DNA from: Bacteroidales bacterium
GTDB taxonomy: Bacteria; Bacteroidota; Bacteroidia; Bacteroidales; F082
Assembly (NCBI GenBank): GCA_045657145.1
Contig: JAZOSK010000039.1
Location: 150 to 64,149 of the forward strand
Length of the DNA stretch: 64,000 nucleotides
Reading direction: 5' to 3'
The position numbers and the translations under genes are program-made. Below the pieces are notes generated by a model. The model had not been told where the DNA came from, did no database searches, and saw only the letters and a program-made list of their open reading frames with translations. Shown here piece after piece: positions 59,583-64,000 of the stretch. How positions within the stretch are numbered: position 1 is the first letter of the stretch; each line of letters starts with the position of its first letter.

Positions 59583-60067
59583 TTTGTGTCAATATCTAAC
59601 AAATATATCTCAAAAACAAGATTTGAATATGGCGGCACTGGTGCATTTTCCATATCATCATATGCCAAATAAAAAGGTATTATAACTTTAGCCTTAGAAC
59701 CTTTATCCATATTCATAACTGCACATTCCAATCCCTTAATAATCTGATTATTACCTAATTCTACAATCAAGGGATACTTTCTATCATAAGATGAATCAAA
59801 CACTCTTCCATCTAAATAATATCCAACATAATGAAATGCTACTACATCTCCATTTGCAGGATATTGTCCATCACCTTTAAGAAGAGGTATACAAACTAAT
59901 CCAGTCGAATCAGCCAAGACATCATACTGATTTTCATTTACATATGACAATATTTCATTATCAGCATCTATCTTTTTTGTATAATATGTTTCTATTGAAC
60001 AAGAAATCATTACTACCAAAACTAGTAATAATTCCAAAAAACATACTATTTTCATGACTGATTTCAT
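59579..60067 (-). CDS. FKBP-type peptidyl-prolyl isomerase lipoprotein
   Basis: Lipobox-like MISCS and an FKBP domain (VAFHYVGYYLDGRVFDSSY...IPFYLAYD). It has 4-nt overlaps with both neighbours. Confidence 0.8.
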   Translation of the reverse strand: MKSVMKIVCFLELLLVLVVMISCSIETYYTKKIDADNEILSYVNENQYDVLADSTGLVCIPLLKGDGQYPANGDVVAFHYVGYYLDGRVFDSSYDRKYPLIVELGNNQIIKGLECAVMNMDKGSKAKVIIPFYLAYDDMENAPVPPYSNLVFEIYLLDIDTK

Positions 60068-61086
60068 TTATTCAAAGCCTCTTTGTATTCTGGTAAAACT
60101 GATTTTAATCTTTCTACAGCTTCCTCCAGCGAACAATTCAAAGTTCCACCAGCTGCATTCATATGCCCACCTCCATTAAAATGTTTTCTCGATAAATCAT
60201 TAACGGAGAAATCATCTTTTGACCTGAACGACAACCTTATTACACCTTGCTTTTCTGTTAATAATACTGACATTTTTATATTCGCTATTGATAATGGATA
60301 ATTAACAACTCCCTCAGTATCACCAACTTGATAATTAAATCTTTCTAAATCAGTTTTTGATGCATATATAATAGCTGTATTATATTCATTCAGAATTGTC
60401 ATTCTATCATTTATCAGAAAACCTAATAGTCGCAACCTGCTTTCTGTTGAGGTATCATATATATTTTGATGTATTTTCTTATAATTTATGCTTGTTGAGG
60501 ATAAAATCTCACCAAAAATAGTAAATGTATTTTTAAATATAGAGTGTGAAAAAGTTCCAGTATCAGTAATCATTCCAACAATGATATTTGTAGCAATATC
60601 ATTATCTAAATATGTATCAAAACCTTGATATTTAATCAATTCAGCCACCATTTCTGAGGTACTAGATATTTCAGTTTCTGACAGACACACTTCAAACTGA
60701 GAAGAATCAGCTCCTATATGATGATCTATCAATACTTTTGGTGTTTTATTATAATGACATAAATCATTATACATTACGCCAGTACGAGATGGCGTATTAA
60801 AATCTAGAAAGAAAAACAAATCTGCCTCAGACATGAGCTTATTCGCTTCATCTATATTCTTATCATATATTAAAACGTCTTGAATAGCAGGCATCCACGC
60901 TAAATAAGAAGGAAAATCATTAGGAACAATTACCCTTACTTCTGCACCAAACTTTCTTGCAAATAAACACAATCCCAAAGATGACCCAAGGGCATCTCCA
61001 TCTGGATTTACATGTGAAATAATGACTATTCTCTTATATCTAGTTAGACAATTAACTATAGACTTAAAAATCAATTCTTTAGACAT
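60064..61086 (-). CDS. nrnA: DHH/DHHA1 phosphoesterase NrnA (oligoribonuclease/pAp phosphatase)
   Basis: DHH motifs SHVNPDGDALGS, FLDF and IDHH, plus the DHHA1 GGGH motif (FNGGGHMNAAGG). Confidence 0.9.
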   Translation of the reverse strand: MSKELIFKSIVNCLTRYKRIVIISHVNPDGDALGSSLGLCLFARKFGAEVRVIVPNDFPSYLAWMPAIQDVLIYDKNIDEANKLMSEADLFFFLDFNTPSRTGVMYNDLCHYNKTPKVLIDHHIGADSSQFEVCLSETEISSTSEMVAELIKYQGFDTYLDNDIATNIIVGMITDTGTFSHSIFKNTFTIFGEILSSTSINYKKIHQNIYDTSTESRLRLLGFLINDRMTILNEYNTAIIYASKTDLERFNYQVGDTEGVVNYPLSIANIKMSVLLTEKQGVIRLSFRSKDDFSVNDLSRKHFNGGGHMNAAGGTLNCSLEEAVERLKSVLPEYKEALNK

Positions 61087-61171
61087 ATCTGCGAACTTAC
61101 ATTTTAGTAAACAAAGATAGAAAAAAAATCGACTTTATGTATACATTATTAATAATATAAGATAAAAATAA

Positions 61172-61621
61172 TTATTTCTTAAGTTCATACATTTCAAAAG
61201 TATGATCCTCATATATATAGATAATTTGCTTAACCTTTTTAGGTTGATTTGATTGTACACTATACATTTTATCTTCCATAAGTTCACTTGTAGCAATATT
61301 ATCTTCTACCATATTTAATAATCCATCAAAAGTATTGTTTTCAATATTTTGAGACAAATCTATAGTGTTAAAAGTATCTTCTTTCAATACTTGTTGTCGA
61401 TCACTTATTGTTATAGGCTTTTTGCCTAAAATAATCCAATCGAAACTATATTCTGGAAAAACATCTTTAAGCTTGATTAAAAAGTCTAAACTTGGCTTAT
61501 TTCTTCCACTTAATAGATGCGAAACATTCGAAGGCTGTATCTGCATCATTTCTGCAAACTGTGTCGCTGTTAAATTCTTCGCCCTTATTATATGCGCCAA
61601 CCTATTTTTTATCAATTCCAT
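61172..61621 (-). CDS. XRE-family HTH transcriptional regulator
   Basis: N-terminal HTH_3-like LTATQFAEMMQIQPSNVSHLLSGRNKPSLDFL. The C-terminal ~80 aa has no motif I recognise. Confidence 0.7.
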   Translation of the reverse strand: MELIKNRLAHIIRAKNLTATQFAEMMQIQPSNVSHLLSGRNKPSLDFLIKLKDVFPEYSFDWIILGKKPITISDRQQVLKEDTFNTIDLSQNIENNTFDGLLNMVEDNIATSELMEDKMYSVQSNQPKKVKQIIYIYEDHTFEMYELKK

Positions 61622-61690
61622 TTTTTAACCTATTTTAATATGCAACGATAAGGATATACCCTCTCTAAAAATTCACTTTTTACACTTATA

Positions 61691-62079
61691 TTTTTTACAA
61701 AAGTAACAATTATTTTATTACAAATGTGACTTTATGTTACTTTATTTTTGTAAAAAATAATTAACTATAATTTTACTTTAATTAACACTTTATTTAAACA
61801 AGTTAATATATTATTTTACATATATTTACAATCTATAAACGATATTCAAAAAAAATATTAAAAAATAAGCTTTTTTTAAAGTATTTGTTAAAGTTTTTTT
61901 AGTTAAAATATTATAATAAAATAGATTATGTTAATTTTTATTGTTTTTTTACAAAATTTACATTTTTCAAAAACACCCTACTACTAATATTTAATTTTAC
62001 ATTTGTGTATTTTATTGATTATTTAAATTTTATATTGTTCATTTTATTTTTGTAACCTTTTGTTTTATTTTTGTAAAAC
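61691..62079. promoter_or_regulatory. Array of TTTATTTTTGTAA / TTACAAAA motifs in a 635-bp ORF-free AT-rich region
   Basis: + orientation copies of TTTATTTTTGTAA are at 61741, 62043 and 62064; the last two are 21 bp apart. Inverted copies TTTTTTACAAAAGTAAC (61691-61707) and TTTTTTTACAAAATTTACA (61944-61962) are also present. 61691-61707 and 61736-61757 form an imperfect inverted repeat. Each + copy also fits TAnnTTTG. Confidence 0.5.
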
Positions 62080-62256
62080 ACTTATTTAAATAAATAAAAT
62101 TTGATTTTACGCCACTTTTTTGTCTGCGTGCAACTAATTTATCACTCCAAAAAATAAGTCGCTTAAAACGGCTTAAAAACGTTTTTCATTCCTCCACCCT
62201 ATCAAACTTTTCCTTTCACCATATGTTATATATTCAAATTTTTAAAACAATAAAAA

Positions 62257-62763
62257 ATGAAAAATTTATTTAAAATCATCATCGCTGCAATATTGTTGTT
62301 ACAACTTATACGTTGTGAAAATTCCAACAATAAACCTAATGCTATTTTATTAAGTGAAGAAATTACAATCACCAGCGACACAATCACAAATTTAAACGAC
62401 TCACTATCCCAATTTCAAACACCAACCGACATATGGGAATTCATTTCTGTTAATGACCATAACCTCAACAACTATGTATACGAAACTATACCATATTTGA
62501 TTTTTTCTATAGACTCTTCGTACGTATTCATAAATTCTGGATGCAACACTTACATCGGAGAATGCAAATTTGAACAGAATCAAAAAATATCATTTGACAA
62601 AATTTTGATAAAAGACGAAAATTGTCCAATTAATGCTCTAGAAAGAGAAATAATATATATGCTAGACATATCAGATTATTACTTATTGAATAACAATAAC
62701 TTAATATTATACAGCAAAGATATACCTATAGGATTTTTAAACAGAAAGCAAACTGTCTTTTAA
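62257..62763 (+). CDS. META-domain (HslJ-like) lipoprotein
   Basis: Signal peptide with a Cys (LLQLIRCEN) and the META pattern SGCNTYIGECKF...ISFDKI...ENCPINALEREIIYML...YLLNNNNLILY. Confidence 0.6.
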   Translation: MKNLFKIIIAAILLLQLIRCENSNNKPNAILLSEEITITSDTITNLNDSLSQFQTPTDIWEFISVNDHNLNNYVYETIPYLIFSIDSSYVFINSGCNTYIGECKFEQNQKISFDKILIKDENCPINALEREIIYMLDISDYYLLNNNNLILYSKDIPIGFLNRKQTVF

Positions 62764-62790
62764 AAATTACACTACACCTTATTAATATAT

Positions 62791-62834
62791 AAGCAACTCT
62801 AGCATCCTAAAACTAGTGTTGCTTATTTTATTTT
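62791..62834 (+). terminator. Rho-independent terminator of the META gene
   Basis: AAGCAACTCTAG-(10 nt)-CTAGTGTTGCTT (one mismatch) followed by ATTTTATTTT. Confidence 0.55.
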
Positions 62835-62881
62835 AAACAATATCCACTTTTTAGTATTTTTGCAAACCAAAATATAAGAAT

Positions 62882-63523
62882 ATGTCCACATATATAAAAA
62901 ACTTAATAGCAGAAGGCGAACACCAAATGCTGGATTTTAAATTTGAAATTTCCGACAGCAAAAAAATTGCTAGAACTTTGGTCGCATTCGCTAACACTGA
63001 TGGTGGACGTTTACTAATCGGCGTCAAAGACAATGGTGCAATTTCAGGCATTCGTAGCGAAGAAGAAAAACACATGATCCAAACAGCTGCAGAAATGTAT
63101 TGCAATCCAACTGTTAAATATCATGCCAAAGAATGGGTTGTCAATGGTAAGAATATTTTAGAAATAATAGTTCCTAGAAGTAAAAACAAACACAAAGCTC
63201 CTGATCACAATAATATCTACAAGGTATATACAAGAGTAAACGATCAAAATATTATTCCAGATAGTATTCTTTTAAAAATTTGGAAATACCAAAACAACAA
63301 ACATAACGTTAAGGTAACTTTCACTGATGAAGAAATGTTTATTTTAAAATATTTGAACGAAAACAAAACAATAACAGTAAAAGAATTCGTTCAAAAAGCC
63401 GAAATAAGCAAAAAAGAGGCGGAAAGAATCATTATAAATTTTACTTTGTTAAACCTTCTTAAGTACGAAATTACAAACAAGGAACTTTTCTTTTCCCTTT
63501 TTGAAGAAGAATCTTCAAACTAA
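62882..63523 (+). CDS. AlbA_2 (Schlafen-type) DNA-binding domain protein with a C-terminal wHTH-like region
   Basis: EGEHQMLDFKFEISDSKKIARTLVAFANTDGGRLLIGVKDNGAISGI matches the AlbA_2 signature (E..LEFK...AFAN..GG.L.iGV.D.G). The C-terminal ITVKEFVQKAEISKKEAERII is HTH-like. Confidence 0.65.
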   Translation: MSTYIKNLIAEGEHQMLDFKFEISDSKKIARTLVAFANTDGGRLLIGVKDNGAISGIRSEEEKHMIQTAAEMYCNPTVKYHAKEWVVNGKNILEIIVPRSKNKHKAPDHNNIYKVYTRVNDQNIIPDSILLKIWKYQNNKHNVKVTFTDEEMFILKYLNENKTITVKEFVQKAEISKKEAERIIINFTLLNLLKYEITNKELFFSLFEEESSN

Positions 63524-63962
63524 ACTTTATATTTAGAAGTTATACATTAGCAATACTGTGGGAAGCAGACAAGAAATAAAACCACCCTTCCCCTTTTATA
63601 ACATCCATAACTCACCATATTAATTAATAAGGTATATAATTTTAATAGTTTTTGGGGTATTCACACAGTTTCATAATTTTATTGTAGACTCACAAAGTAA
63701 AAAAAAGCAAGAAATTGCAAGTAAAAAAAATGCATAAAAACGTATCGTTTTTTATAATCTTATATAATTTTGTGATATTTTACCTAAAGAAGACTGTCTA
63801 AAACCTGTCAAAAAAGCTTTTTAAGAAGATAAAAAACGGTAAAACAACACTAAAACAAACACTAAATATACTTATAAACATATAATAATCAGCGAGATAA
63901 AAAATAAATAAAAAATAATTGAAAAAAGTTTAAAAAAGTGTTGTGCGGAAAGGAAAAAGTAG

Positions 63963-63970
63963 TACCTTTG
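63963..63970 (+). promoter_or_regulatory. Strong TAnnTTTG promoter box at the window edge, probably driving a stable RNA or other highly expressed gene beyond 64000
   Basis: TACCTTTG followed by CACTCGCAAA. The 15-nt block CTTTGCACTCGCAAA (63966-63980) is identical to the block at the CAT-tRNA promoter (39524-39538). Confidence 0.5.
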
Positions 63971-64000
63971 CACTCGCAAAACAACGGGAACGACGGTGAA

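Noticed and set aside
61622-62256. AT-rich region as a replication origin
   Set aside because: I found no TTATCCACA/TGTGGATAA-like boxes in it. The repeated motif is better explained as promoter or operator sequence.
63730-63801. 23-codon hydrophobic mini-ORF (MHKNVSFFIILYNFVIFYLKKTV) in the terminal non-coding region
   Set aside because: There is no recognisable promoter or ribosome-binding context. ORFs of this size are expected by chance in AT-rich DNA, so it cannot be supported from sequence alone.

Overview
The window is AT-rich and densely packed, and it looks like chromosomal DNA from a member of the Bacteroidota (Bacteroidales-like). Four things support this: TAnnTTTG promoter boxes close to many start codons, two cargo proteins with T9SS C-terminal sorting domains, several Bacteroidota-typical DUF families (DUF3078 twice, DUF4293, DUF1573, DUF1343/NamZ), and a Rho with a large N-terminal insertion.

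Most of the window is housekeeping: gcvP, typA, an AddA-like helicase-nuclease, tamB, tsaD, dgt, trmD, rplS, rlmB, rho, mpl, xerD, lolE/lolD-like genes, namZ, an aminotransferase, rfbD, a phosphosugar mutase, recA, nth, a RelA-like RSH, clpS, a wzx-wzz-O-antigen-ligase trio, four tandem FKBP lipoproteins and nrnA. There are three tRNA genes: Leu-CAG, Leu-GAG and a CAT-anticodon tRNA. I saw no rRNA, CRISPR array, transposase or prophage.

The best candidate for something new is at the left edge (67-2468). It is a tightly spaced minus-strand cassette of hicA, hicB, a DUF2442-domain protein and a 421-aa GNAT::UDG-superfamily fusion. Upstream of it lies an unusually structured 490-bp non-coding region.

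The second recurring oddity is a dispersed family of 7-8-nt 'word' tandem repeats (GACTAYAA, GTTAGGA, TTGAAAG, TTGGCYTT, ATCTCAGY). They sit at gene 3' ends at four unlinked loci.

Other points worth a look are a 635-bp ORF-free AT-rich region with an oriented TTTATTTTTGTAA motif next to an XRE regulator, a head-to-head coding overlap of tamB and tsaD, and a stable-RNA-type promoter at the right edge.

All functional calls come from reading motifs in the translated ORFs by eye. No database search was run.
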